Shown here: piece after piece, positions 26,419 through 35,713 of the stretch | Layout of the letters: each line of letters opens with the position of its first letter | Numbering within the stretch: position 1 is the first letter of the stretch | From: Candidatus Dormiibacterota bacterium | GTDB taxonomy: Bacteria; Chloroflexota; Dormibacteria; Aeolococcales; Aeolococcaceae | Assembly: GCA_049582105.1 (NCBI GenBank) | Contig: JBAUTG010000066.1 | Coordinates: 5,661 to 69,660, forward strand | Length of the DNA stretch: 64,000 nt | Direction: 5' to 3' | Notes under the pieces: generated by a model | What the model was told of the DNA's origin: nothing | The model's database searches: none | Seen by the model: only the letters and a program-made list of their open reading frames with translations | Position numbers and translations under genes: made by a program

Positions 26419-27584
26419 CGGCTGCCGAGCATCGACGCCTGATCGAAACCGCAGCCGATCGCGAAATCGCACGCCCCAACGCGGTTGAGGTCGATCTCGG
26501 TGCCATCAGCCACAACGTTCGGGCGTTGCGCCAGGAGGTTGGCGAAGCCACGAAGATCTACGGAGCGGTGAAGGCGAATGCCTATGGGTTTGGCCTGCCG
26601 AGCGTCGCGGAGGCAATCATCGCCGGCGGTGGTGACGGCTTCGGTCTCAGCGATCCTGAGGATGCGCTGCGAATCCGCCGAGCCGGGATTGACGCCCCGA
26701 TCCTCCTGTACGGCGGGTTGCTCCCCAGTCCGCAGTCCGGCGCCTTTGCGCGCCGATGGGGATTGACGTTTCCTGTCGCGGAACTCGACGCCGCAGTCGC
26801 TCTCCAGGGCGCGAGGGACCAGGCGACCCAAGTCGTCGTCGAGGTCGATGTCGGCCTGGAGCGGCTCGGGGTGGGCGTCGACGTGGCGACCGCGCTGGTC
26901 ATGGCGGTAAGCAGGCTTCCCGGGGTCTCGCTGGTCGGGATCACAACGCACGTCCATGGAGTTGGTGGGACCAACTACCTGGAATGGCAGCTGCAGCGTT
27001 TCAGAGACGTCGTCGACGAGCTCGCGACCCAGGGTGTCGTTCCTGCGTTGCGCATGGCGGAGAGTAGTGCGACGCTGGGGATCGGCTCGCACCCCTGGTT
27101 CAATGCTGTCGATCCCGGACACTTGCTGTACGGACTCCTGCCTCGCGGACGGACGGACCGCCCCCCTTGGCTGCGTCGCGCACTGGTTCGTGTGACCACG
27201 AGTCTTCTTCAGGTGAAGTCTGTGGCGCGTGAGGAGTTCGCGTCGGAGTCCCCCGTCGCCGCGCAGGATCCGTCGCGAATCGGGGTGATTCCGATGGGGA
27301 TCGCAGACGGCCTCCGAGCGCTCTGTTGCGGAGAGGTGCTGGTGCGCGGCCGGCGGTGTCCCATCGCCGGGAATATGTCGCTCGAACATGCGCGCATCGA
27401 CCTGTCGGCTGTTCCGGATGCTCAGCGGGGCGATGAGGTGGTGGTGGTGGGGGCGCAGGGTGACCAGGAGATCACGCCGGGGGAAGTCGAGAAGACGAAC
27501 GGGCTTGGGAGTGCGGGACTTGCGCTGTTCGCTGGATCGTCAGTGCCGAGGGTCTACGTTCGCCAGGGATCGGAGGACAGTTGA
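26415..27584 (+). CDS. alanine-racemase-family PLP enzyme
   Basis: AVKANAYGFG PLP-lysine motif, about 389 aa. ATG 26415 overlaps the DUF35 stop (ATGA). The listed ORF start at 26091 is an out-of-context 5' extension. Confidence 0.8.
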   Translation: MTAAEHRRLIETAADREIARPNAVEVDLGAISHNVRALRQEVGEATKIYGAVKANAYGFGLPSVAEAIIAGGGDGFGLSDPEDALRIRRAGIDAPILLYGGLLPSPQSGAFARRWGLTFPVAELDAAVALQGARDQATQVVVEVDVGLERLGVGVDVATALVMAVSRLPGVSLVGITTHVHGVGGTNYLEWQLQRFRDVVDELATQGVVPALRMAESSATLGIGSHPWFNAVDPGHLLYGLLPRGRTDRPPWLRRALVRVTTSLLQVKSVAREEFASESPVAAQDPSRIGVIPMGIADGLRALCCGEVLVRGRRCPIAGNMSLEHARIDLSAVPDAQRGDEVVVVGAQGDQEITPGEVEKTNGLGSAGLALFAGSSVPRVYVRQGSEDS

Positions 27585-27585
27585 C

Positions 27586-28101
27586 ATGGCCCAGGATCAC
27601 CCAGACGAAGCCGACGACGAGATGCTGCGAGACTTTCTGCGCGGCCAGCGCGAATCGGTCTTGGCGATCGTCGAGGGTCTGGAAGAGGAAGCCTGGCATC
27701 GCTCGGTCGTGCCCACAGGCTGGACGCCGGCCGGACTGCTCGAGCACCTCGGTGGCGCGGAGTGGCACTGGTTCCAGGGCGTCGTGGCGGGTAAGGAACC
27801 GGAGCTGCCAGGCGACCTCGACGAAGACCTGCCGCCGTACGACCGACTGACGGTGGTGTTCACGAGCGACGAATCCTCGAGAGAAGTTGTCGCCTTCTAC
27901 CGCGATCAGTGCGCACAGTCCGATGCGGTGCTGGCGACAACCCCTCTTTCGGCGATACCACGCGGTAAGCACGAGGGGTTCGAGCCACCGAATGTTCGCT
28001 GGGTCGTGCTGCACATGATTGAGGAGACGGCGCGGCATGCGGGGCATCTCGATATCGCGCGCGAGCTCCTCGACGGCCGAACGCGGCTCGGCGGACGCTG
28101 A
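27586..28101 (+). CDS. DinB/DUF664-family protein
   Basis: The WTPAGLLEHLGGAEWHWF ... HMIEETARHAGHLDIAREL pattern is typical of DinB-like four-helix proteins. ATG 27586 lies 2 nt after the upstream stop. Confidence 0.75.
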   Translation: MAQDHPDEADDEMLRDFLRGQRESVLAIVEGLEEEAWHRSVVPTGWTPAGLLEHLGGAEWHWFQGVVAGKEPELPGDLDEDLPPYDRLTVVFTSDESSREVVAFYRDQCAQSDAVLATTPLSAIPRGKHEGFEPPNVRWVVLHMIEETARHAGHLDIARELLDGRTRLGGR

Positions 28102-28202
28102 CGCGCACGGCAGTCGAATCATCCTGGGTTGACTGCCCATCCCCGCCTGCTGATACTGGCCGCACGGCGCCGGAGCGTCTGCTGAGGGAGTTCAACAGCA
28201 CG

Positions 28203-28385
28203 ATGCGGAGGGCTCCTGTGATCACGCCACGCACATCGCTCGGGATCGATCAGGCCCTCACCCTGCTTGCGGAAACGCCGCGGCGCATCGTCGCCTTGAC
28301 GGATGGCATGACACCGCAGCAGCTGCGCCTTCACCGTTTCGCAAGGATCGTGCTGATAGGTTCGCCTCGCGCCGGATCCGACTGA
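28203..28385 (+). pseudogene. possible truncated DinB_2-like remnant
   Basis: QALTLLAETPRRIVALTDGMTPQQLR resembles the first helix of DinB_2 proteins, but the frame degenerates and stops after 60 codons. TTGACT-17-GATACT (28129-28157) lies upstream. Confidence 0.2.
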
Positions 28386-28464
28386 CGGGCTCCGGGCAGT
28401 TCGCGTCATCAACATCGCCGTTCCGAACAAAAGGTGTCGATACACGGTTAGAGCAAGAGTCGCA

Positions 28465-29475
28465 TTGCCGGCATGCGTGATCGGTGCAGTGCTTGCCGCA
28501 TGCGGCAGCACCGGCAGCCCCAGGAGCGCAGGACCGTCAGGCAGCCTGACCGGGTCGTCACCCAGCGCCGCTTCCACCCCCACGGCGACCCCAGCGCCCT
28601 CAATCACGCCGGCACCGACTTCGCCGACTCCGCGCCCAACCCGCGGATCCAGCGGGGGACCACCACCCCCAACCAGTCCGGCCTCCTCTCATCCGCACGT
28701 GCTCCTGGTGATGCTCGAGAACAGGGGCTACGCGGCGACGTTGGGCACCTGTTCGGCGGATCCGTACCTGTGCTCCCTCGCGTCGCACTACGCGAGCGCG
28801 GTCGCTTGGTATGGCAGCGCGCACCCGAGTCTGCCGAACTATCTTGCCGTGACCAGCGGGTCAACCCAGGGCTGCTCGAGCGACAGTTGTGCCCCAGGCA
28901 TCGCTGCGTCCGATCTCGGCGGGAGGCTCAGCGCCGCGGGCATACCCTGGGACGCGTACATGGAGTCGATGCCGTCCGCCTGTTTCAGCGGCGGGTCGAG
29001 CGGATCGTATGCGCGAAAGCACAACCCGTTTGCGTACTACACGGACAATGCGAGCCGGTGTCACGACTTCCCCTATCCCGGTGTCGGCGGGCTGCTGGCC
29101 ACCCTCGACAGCAGGACTCCTCCCGACTTCGTCTGGATCACCCCCAATCTCACGGATGACATGCACGATGGCACCGTCACCCAGGGCGACAACTGGCTCA
29201 AGGCGAACCTCGCCCCGGTGCTCTCATCGCCGTGGTTCACCGGGTTCAACTCCACGGTGATCGTCACGATGGACGAGAACGACCATCAGTCGACCCCTGC
29301 CGGCGGGCAGGTCCCCATGGTCGTGATCTCGAGCAGGGCAAGGGGCGTCGGTGCCATCACGAGCCACGGCAACCACTACGGGACCTTGCGCTCGATCGAA
29401 GAGGTCTTCGGGCTGACCCTCCTGGGGAGCGCTCGGAGCGCCGTCAACGGCGATCTGACCAGATATTTCGGCTGA
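28465..29475 (+). CDS. secreted lipoprotein, phosphoesterase family (acid phosphatase / phospholipase C type)
   Basis: Lipobox AVLAAC|GS, then a Pro/Thr/Ser linker, then VMLENRGY ... HPSLPNYLAVTSG ... HNPF ... NDHQ motifs. Confidence 0.7.
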   Translation: MPACVIGAVLAACGSTGSPRSAGPSGSLTGSSPSAASTPTATPAPSITPAPTSPTPRPTRGSSGGPPPPTSPASSHPHVLLVMLENRGYAATLGTCSADPYLCSLASHYASAVAWYGSAHPSLPNYLAVTSGSTQGCSSDSCAPGIAASDLGGRLSAAGIPWDAYMESMPSACFSGGSSGSYARKHNPFAYYTDNASRCHDFPYPGVGGLLATLDSRTPPDFVWITPNLTDDMHDGTVTQGDNWLKANLAPVLSSPWFTGFNSTVIVTMDENDHQSTPAGGQVPMVVISSRARGVGAITSHGNHYGTLRSIEEVFGLTLLGSARSAVNGDLTRYFG

Positions 29476-29592
29476 AGCCGCCGACGCCGCCCGCAGGTCG
29501 CAGGGGCGAGGAGGCGCGGGAGGCCGCGGCAACAAATGACGTCTTTGACGTGATACAAAGAGAGGACAGAAAGGGGTGTCGGGGGGCACGAG

Positions 29593-29763
29593 GTGGAATC
29601 GAAGGACGATCGGAAAGCGGAACAATGGCTCGCAGATATTTCCGAGGATCTCGAGGTGGTCCGCTACCCGACGCGGCGCAGGTTGCTCGAGACGATTGAA
29701 GAAGCGGCGCGGCGGGCCGAGAGCCTCGCCCGGCTGGAGTACTCGCTGCGAACCTTCCGCTGA
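29593..29763 (+). CDS. candidate 56-aa small protein (not in the ORF track)
   Basis: GTG 29593 behind a G-rich stretch, then MESKDDRKAEQWLADISEDLEVVRYPTRRRLLETIEEAARRAESLARLEYSLRTFR and TGA 29761-29763. It has helical, protein-like composition and a hairpin follows directly at 29764-29793. Confidence 0.3.
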   Translation: MESKDDRKAEQWLADISEDLEVVRYPTRRRLLETIEEAARRAESLARLEYSLRTFR

Positions 29764-29793
29764 CCGGCACTCACCGTATCCGAGGTGAGCCGG
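29764..29793 (+). terminator. terminator-like hairpin without a U-tract
   Basis: CCGG-ca-CTCACC gtatccga GGTGAG-CCGG. Confidence 0.3.
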
Positions 29794-29940
29794 GCACGCG
29801 ATGGTGCAAGCCCGGCTGACCCATCGACCGTCAACGCGGGCGACATCGGTAGAGTCCGGCCGCGCCCCAGTTCTTCGAGCGGGCGACGACCGCCGCCGGC
29901 TGGACCGCCGACATTGGTCAGGTCAAGCCACACAACAAGC

Positions 29941-32001
29941 ATGACCAACGACGACGATCCGCTCCGCCCGCCAGCCCCGGCTCAGAAGCCGGTCGTGCAT
30001 CGTGCCCACGGCGACGACCGCATCGACGAGTACGTGTGGCTGCGCGACCGCGAGGATCCTGCCGTCATCGCTCACCTCACAGCCGAAAACGCGTGGACCG
30101 AACGGTCGCTCGCGCACCTCGGGGCGTTGCGCGAGCGTATCTACTCGGAGATCGTGGGTCGAGTGCAGGAGACCGACGACGGAGCACCCGTACCCTATGG
30201 ACCGTACGAGTACTACTCGCGAACCGTCGAGGGTCGCCAGTACCCGATCCACTGCCGTCGCGAGCGTGACGGTGGTGACGAACAGGTTGTGCTCGACGAG
30301 AATGCGCTCGCCGAGGGTTACGGCTTCTTCCATCTCGGTGACGCCGAGGTGAGCCCGAATCACGCGCTGTTCGCGTACACGTTCGATGTCAGTGGCGGCG
30401 AGCTCTACACGTTGCGGATCGCCGACCTGAGCGCCGGCGTGGACCTTCCTGCCGTGATCGAGGGGGTGTCCTACTCGATCGCCTGGTCACGCGATGCCAC
30501 CCACCTCTTCTACACGCGCCCCGACGCCGCGATGCGCCCGTGGCAGGTCTGGCGCCACCGCGTCGGCGATGCCGCCGGTGCGGACGCGCTGGTCCATGAG
30601 GAAACCGACGAGCGGTTCTACACATCCGTTGCGTCGACGCGCAGCGGGGCGTACATCGCAATCTCCCTGAACAGTCGGGTGACCAGTGAGGTCCATCTGC
30701 TCCATGCCGATCACCCCACCGGATCCTTCACGGTGGTCGAGCCACGCCGACAGGGAATCGAGTACTCCGTCGATCACCACGGCGACACGCTGTACATCGT
30801 CACCAACGACGAGGCTGTCAATTTCCGGTTGATGACAGCGCCGGTCGCGACCCCGAGCCGTGACCACTGGGTGGAGATCGTCCCGCACCGCGAGGACGTC
30901 ACCCTCGAGCGAGTGGACCTGTTCGCCCGGCACGCCGTACTCTTTGAGCGCGCGCATGGGCTGCGCGAGATCACCGTCATGCGCCTGCGTGATGGGCACC
31001 GTCATACCGTCATCCAACCCGAGACCGTATACGCAGCCTCGCCGGGACCGAATCTCGAGTGGGACACGGACACGCTCCGCTTCACGTATGCGTCGCTCGT
31101 GACCCCCACCTCTGCGATCGACTACGGCATGGATTCGCGTGAACGCACCATCGTCAAGATGGAGCCGGTGCTCGGCGGCTATGACCCTTCCAAATACGTG
31201 ACCGGGAGGCTCTGGGCTCGCGCGGACGATGGCACGGAGGTCCCGATCTCGTACGTCCACCGGCGTGATGTCGCTCTCGACGGAAGTGCCCCGGCGCTGC
31301 TGTACGGCTACGGGTCGTATGAGTACTGCATCGATCCGGGCTTCGATTCAGAAAGACTCAGCCTGCTCGATCGTGGATTCGTCTACGCGATCGCGCATAT
31401 CCGGGGTGGCGGCGAGCTGGGCCGGCGCTGGTACGAGGACGGCAAGCTGCTCCACAAGCGCAACACCTTCAGCGACTTCTGCGCCTGCGCCGACCACCTG
31501 GTCGCCGAGCGGTTCACGAGTCATGAGCACCTCGCGATCCGAGGCGCCAGCGCCGGCGGGCTCCTGATGGGGGCTGTGGTGAACATGCGTCCCGACCTGG
31601 CCGCAGCCGTCGTCGCGGAGGTGCCATTCGTCGACTGCCTCACCACCATGTTCGATGCGAGCCTGCCGCTGACGGTTGGCGAGTTCGAGGAGTGGGGCAA
31701 CCCCGAAGACGCCGCAACGTACGCCTACATGCGGGGCTACTCGCCCTACGACAACGTCATCCCCTCCGCGCGACCCGCGATGCTCGTCACCGCCGGCCTG
31801 AACGACCAGCGGGTCGGCTACTGGGAGCCCGCGAAATGGGTCGCCCGGTTGCGAGAGCGGGGAGAGGAGGACGCCATCGTCCTCCTGAAGACCGAGATGG
31901 GAGCCGGCCACGGAGGGGTGTCGGGGCGCTACGACGCATGGCGCGACGAGGCTCTCGCCCTGGCGTTTGTCATCGACGTCGTCGCGCCGGGCAGCGAGTG
32001 A
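29941..32001 (+). CDS. ptrB: oligopeptidase B (prolyl oligopeptidase family S9A)
   Basis: An N-terminal beta-propeller region (DDRIDEYVWLRDRE) plus a C-terminal catalytic domain with GASAGGLLMG (Ser), GLNDQRV (Asp) and GAGHGG (His). The start is at ATG 29941. Confidence 0.85.
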   Translation: MTNDDDPLRPPAPAQKPVVHRAHGDDRIDEYVWLRDREDPAVIAHLTAENAWTERSLAHLGALRERIYSEIVGRVQETDDGAPVPYGPYEYYSRTVEGRQYPIHCRRERDGGDEQVVLDENALAEGYGFFHLGDAEVSPNHALFAYTFDVSGGELYTLRIADLSAGVDLPAVIEGVSYSIAWSRDATHLFYTRPDAAMRPWQVWRHRVGDAAGADALVHEETDERFYTSVASTRSGAYIAISLNSRVTSEVHLLHADHPTGSFTVVEPRRQGIEYSVDHHGDTLYIVTNDEAVNFRLMTAPVATPSRDHWVEIVPHREDVTLERVDLFARHAVLFERAHGLREITVMRLRDGHRHTVIQPETVYAASPGPNLEWDTDTLRFTYASLVTPTSAIDYGMDSRERTIVKMEPVLGGYDPSKYVTGRLWARADDGTEVPISYVHRRDVALDGSAPALLYGYGSYEYCIDPGFDSERLSLLDRGFVYAIAHIRGGGELGRRWYEDGKLLHKRNTFSDFCACADHLVAERFTSHEHLAIRGASAGGLLMGAVVNMRPDLAAAVVAEVPFVDCLTTMFDASLPLTVGEFEEWGNPEDAATYAYMRGYSPYDNVIPSARPAMLVTAGLNDQRVGYWEPAKWVARLRERGEEDAIVLLKTEMGAGHGGVSGRYDAWRDEALALAFVIDVVAPGSE

Positions 32002-32063
32002 CCGAGACGCTTTCTCGCGAAGATAATGACCCGCAGCGCGAGCCAGCAGACACGAGGTCGACC

Positions 32064-32438
32064 GTGAATCCCGAAAGCCAGTTCGAGACGCATCTTGACA
32101 TTCGCTTCGACCCGCTCGAGGTCGTCGACGTGCAGGCGCTCGTCGAAGCGAATACACACCCCTGGTACAACCAGACGCTCTGCCGCGTCAACGACAGCGT
32201 CGTGCGCCTCGGGGTGGTCCAGGGTGAGTACATCTGGCACAAGCACGACGACGAGGACGAGTTCTTCTATGTTGTGGAGGGCCGGCTCCTGATGGATCTG
32301 GAGGACCGGACCGTCGAGCTTGCGGAGCGCAAGGGGTTCTGCGTGCCCAAGGGAGTCAGGCACCGCCCCCGGGCCCCAGAGCGGACGATCATCCTCATGG
32401 TGGAGGGCGCCGGCGTGGTACCGACCGGAGACGCCTGA
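32064..32438 (+). CDS. cupin-domain protein
   Basis: WHKHDDEDEFFYVVEG cupin motif 1 and VPKGVRHRP motif 2. GTG 32064; the listed 5' extension overlaps ptrB. Confidence 0.7.
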   Translation: MNPESQFETHLDIRFDPLEVVDVQALVEANTHPWYNQTLCRVNDSVVRLGVVQGEYIWHKHDDEDEFFYVVEGRLLMDLEDRTVELAERKGFCVPKGVRHRPRAPERTIILMVEGAGVVPTGDA

Positions 32439-32582
32439 GAGCCGTTTCTCAGCGCTCCGAGCGTCCGGGTGTGCGATCCTATGGCGTGTTCAGGAATAGG
32501 GGCGGCGAGCCGCCCCGGCGGGAAGGCTGAGGAAGCAGCGACGCCCACGCAAGCGTGGGACGAAGGTGAGAGGAGCGTGGCA

Positions 32583-35500
32583 ATGCCAACCAGGAACGTT
32601 CAACGCGTCGCGCACGGCGGGGGCGCGCTGTTTGCTGTTCTCGCGATCATCGCCGGTGGCACGGCGTCGGCCCAGGTCGCGTCGGCTCAGGGAAGGTCGC
32701 AGAGCGCGAACACGATCCCAGCCGGATTCCAGGACTGGCCCGAGCACATGCACGACGGCACCCACACAAGCGTCTCCGCCGAGACCATCCTCAGTGCGTC
32801 GACGTCGTACAGGCTGCACTGGTCGGCCAACACGGGTGGGACCATCGCGTACAGCTCCCCGGCCGTGGTCTACAACGCGACGCTCGGCGTGTCCCTCGTC
32901 TACGTCGGTAACCAGTCCGGCGACTTCGATGCCTTCAACGCAGCGACCGGCGCGCTCGTGTGGCAGTACAAGACCGTGAAGATCCCCGGTTTGTCGAAGG
33001 AGATCGAATCGTCGCCTGCCGTGTCGAATAACACGGTCTATTTCGGTGACGGCGACTACCACGTGTACGCGCTCAATGCGACCACGGGCGCACTGGTCTG
33101 CAAGTCCGTGTCCGTGGGCGGGATCATCGCGTCGTCACCGGTGATCGGCGATCCCAATGGGCATGGCCCAGTCTTGTACTTCGGGGATAACGGTGTGAAC
33201 GGCGATGTCAACGTCATGGATGGCGGCCATCTGTGGGCGATGTACGGTGTCGGCAACACCGACGGAACGGCGTGTGCCACCAAGTGGGTCTTCGACAACT
33301 TCGGCAGCCCGCCAGGCAATCAGACCGGCATCGCAGGCGTCTACTCGAGCCCCGCGTACGGCACGCTGGCTGGCGGGCTCCCTGTGGTGGTCGTGGGCTC
33401 GACGGACAACGACGACAGCATTTACGAGTTCAACGCCAACACTGGCGCGGAGCTCTGGCGGTTCCAGACGCTCGTCGGATTCGACTCCGACGTGGGAGCA
33501 CCGCCGACCATCGCCGAGCCCGGGGTCGTGGGCACATCCGGATCCGCTGCCTTCACCGACGGCGTCGTCTACGACACCGGCAAGGATGCGATCACTTATG
33601 CGCTCGACCTGCAGACCGGCCAGCAGATCTGGAGCTTCGCGATCAAGCCGAACATCGGTAGCGGCAACCCTTCGCAATCCGGCGCGGCCCTGCTCGGAGG
33701 CTTCGTCTATATCGGCTACGGCGCCGGCCTGTTCTCGTTGAACGCCGCCACTGGTGCGCTCAACCCCAACTGGACGTCCGGAGCTCACATCGGAACCACC
33801 GCCGCGGCCTCGGGTGTGATTTCGTCCCCCGCGGTGTCGGGGCCTCCGGGCAACCAGGTCCTGCTCGTCGGTGACCTCGGCGGGAACGTCGATGTGTTCA
33901 ATCTCCAGACCGGGACGACCGACTTCACGTACGCGACCGGCGGCGTGATCTTCTCGTCGGCCGCGGTGTCGACCGGTCAGTTCTTCATCGCCAACGGCGG
34001 CAACGGCAACATCTACGCCTTCGGTTCGGGCAGCGCATTTCCGTCGCCATCGGTCACCTCGGTGTCCGCGAACCACGGGCCGGCCGGCAGCAGTGCGCTG
34101 GTGACGGTCACGGGCAACGCCTTCAGCGGCAGCGGCTTCACCGCATCTGACGTGCTCTTCAATCTCACCGACATCCCGGCGAGCAACGCATACCCATGCC
34201 TGGGTTCGAGCGCCGGTTGCTTCCAGGTCACAAGCCCGACGCAGATCAAGGTCGACACGCCGACCACCCTCGGCGCGGGCACCGTGCACATCAGTGTTGT
34301 GACGCCCGGGGGGACAAGTGCGGCCACCGTGGCGGACGAGTACACGTTCGTCGCACCAGGCGCGTACACGGCGCTCGCGCCCTACCGGGCGTGTGACTCG
34401 CGACCGGCCGGCGGCGGCATCGCCGCCAACCAGTGCAATACCGGGGGCAAGGGCACGCTCGGCCCGAGGGGTTCTGTCAATGTCCAGATCACCGGTGGTG
34501 CCGTTCCAGCAGGCGCGCAGGCCGTGGTGGTCAACTTGACCGGGCTCAATCGCAGCGCGTCGGGCACCTTCATCACCGCGTATCCCACCGGCGGCTCGGT
34601 CCCGGGGGTGTCGAACATCAATCTCGCCGGGGGCGGGTCACAGGCGAACCTCGCGATCGTGCAGCTGAGCGCGAACGGACAGATGAGCCTCTACAACGCG
34701 GCCGGACGCGCCGACGTGATCGCTGATGTGCAGGGGTACTTCGCGACTCCTCCGGGGTCGACGGCCGGTCAGTTCCACAGCATTCCTCCACTTCGAATCT
34801 GCGACTCTCGTGCACGCACGAACACTGAGTGCGCGGGCTCCATCAGTCAGCCCATCGCGGGCGGGACATGGCGCCGAGTCGTGCTCTCGGGTCTGCCCCC
34901 CGGCGCCGCAGGAGGGACCCCGTCGATCCCCACAAGCGGTGCTGCTTCTGCGGTGTTCAATCTCACCGCGGTGGGAGGAACCAAGTCGACGTTCCTGTCG
35001 GTCGCGGCTCCCAACTCGTCAGACGCCTGTCCGGCGAAGGGGCCCGCCTTCTCCAATCTCAACCCAGCCGCGGGCATCGCGTTGCCGAACCGGGTCATCT
35101 CGCCTCTTGGACCGCACCAGGACGTCTGCGTCTACAACGCGGCGGGGAGCATCAACTTCGTCATCGATGACAACGGATGGTTCGGGGCTGCGGGTGCCCC
35201 CGCGGGCGCGCTCTTCTACTCGGTGACGCCAACCCGGATATGCGATACCCGCGTGGGATCCGGTGATGAGTGCGACAGTGAGACCCTGAGCGCGAACGAG
35301 ATCCAGCCCGTCCGTATCGCTGGCGTGCAGGTCGTGCCGGCCGAGGGGGGATCGGCGAGTCCCGTCGCCATGGTTGCCAACCTCACCGGTGTGGCCGGAA
35401 CCGCGGCAACAGTCTTCACGCTCTACCCGAGCGACGACGCCACGCCTCCTCGCGCCTCCGACCTCAACCCGAGCGCAGGCCAGACGATCGCCAACCTCGC

Positions 35501-35606
35501 GGTCGTTGGACTCGCCACCACGGGCGCAGAGACGGGCGACGTCAGCCTCTACAACGCTGTCGGCAACATCAACGCCATCCTTGACGTCGCCGGCTGGTTC
35601 CAGTAG
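32583..35606 (+). CDS. large secreted protein: signal peptide, PQQ-like 8-bladed beta-propeller, IPT/TIG domain, and three copies of an unnamed C-terminal domain
   Basis: Signal peptide ALFAVLAIIAGGTASAQV. There are about eight SSPA(V)...Y(A/F)xNAxTGxxxW propeller blades, and an IPT-like segment PSVTSVSANHGPAGSSALVTVTGNAF...VVTPGGTS. GAGAGGA RBS before ATG 32583. Confidence 0.8.
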   Translation: MPTRNVQRVAHGGGALFAVLAIIAGGTASAQVASAQGRSQSANTIPAGFQDWPEHMHDGTHTSVSAETILSASTSYRLHWSANTGGTIAYSSPAVVYNATLGVSLVYVGNQSGDFDAFNAATGALVWQYKTVKIPGLSKEIESSPAVSNNTVYFGDGDYHVYALNATTGALVCKSVSVGGIIASSPVIGDPNGHGPVLYFGDNGVNGDVNVMDGGHLWAMYGVGNTDGTACATKWVFDNFGSPPGNQTGIAGVYSSPAYGTLAGGLPVVVVGSTDNDDSIYEFNANTGAELWRFQTLVGFDSDVGAPPTIAEPGVVGTSGSAAFTDGVVYDTGKDAITYALDLQTGQQIWSFAIKPNIGSGNPSQSGAALLGGFVYIGYGAGLFSLNAATGALNPNWTSGAHIGTTAAASGVISSPAVSGPPGNQVLLVGDLGGNVDVFNLQTGTTDFTYATGGVIFSSAAVSTGQFFIANGGNGNIYAFGSGSAFPSPSVTSVSANHGPAGSSALVTVTGNAFSGSGFTASDVLFNLTDIPASNAYPCLGSSAGCFQVTSPTQIKVDTPTTLGAGTVHISVVTPGGTSAATVADEYTFVAPGAYTALAPYRACDSRPAGGGIAANQCNTGGKGTLGPRGSVNVQITGGAVPAGAQAVVVNLTGLNRSASGTFITAYPTGGSVPGVSNINLAGGGSQANLAIVQLSANGQMSLYNAAGRADVIADVQGYFATPPGSTAGQFHSIPPLRICDSRARTNTECAGSISQPIAGGTWRRVVLSGLPPGAAGGTPSIPTSGAASAVFNLTAVGGTKSTFLSVAAPNSSDACPAKGPAFSNLNPAAGIALPNRVISPLGPHQDVCVYNAAGSINFVIDDNGWFGAAGAPAGALFYSVTPTRICDTRVGSGDECDSETLSANEIQPVRIAGVQVVPAEGGSASPVAMVANLTGVAGTAATVFTLYPSDDATPPRASDLNPSAGQTIANLAVVGLATTGAETGDVSLYNAVGNINAILDVAGWFQ
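34365..35603 (+). repeat. three tandem protein-domain repeats of about 130-147 aa each
   Basis: The units start near 34365, 34770 and 35211. The shared pattern is [YF]xx[LIV]xPxRxCD[ST]R ... NLT[GA] ... S[ND][IL]N ... [AP]N ... [LV]YNAxGxxxx[IV]xDxxG[WY]F. Confidence 0.6.
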
Positions 35607-35627
35607 GGGGCGAGAATCCCGCCGCGA

Positions 35628-35647
35628 CGGGCGAGCGGGCTCGCCCG
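35628..35647 (+). terminator. terminator-like GC hairpin
   Basis: CGGGCGAG-cggg-CTCGCCCG, 22 nt after the stop at 35606; no U-tract. Confidence 0.3.
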
Positions 35648-35713
35648 CCATACTTGGATTCACGCTCGGTGGCCGCTGCCGGGCGTCATGGATGCAAACC
35701 CAGGAGGACCCCG

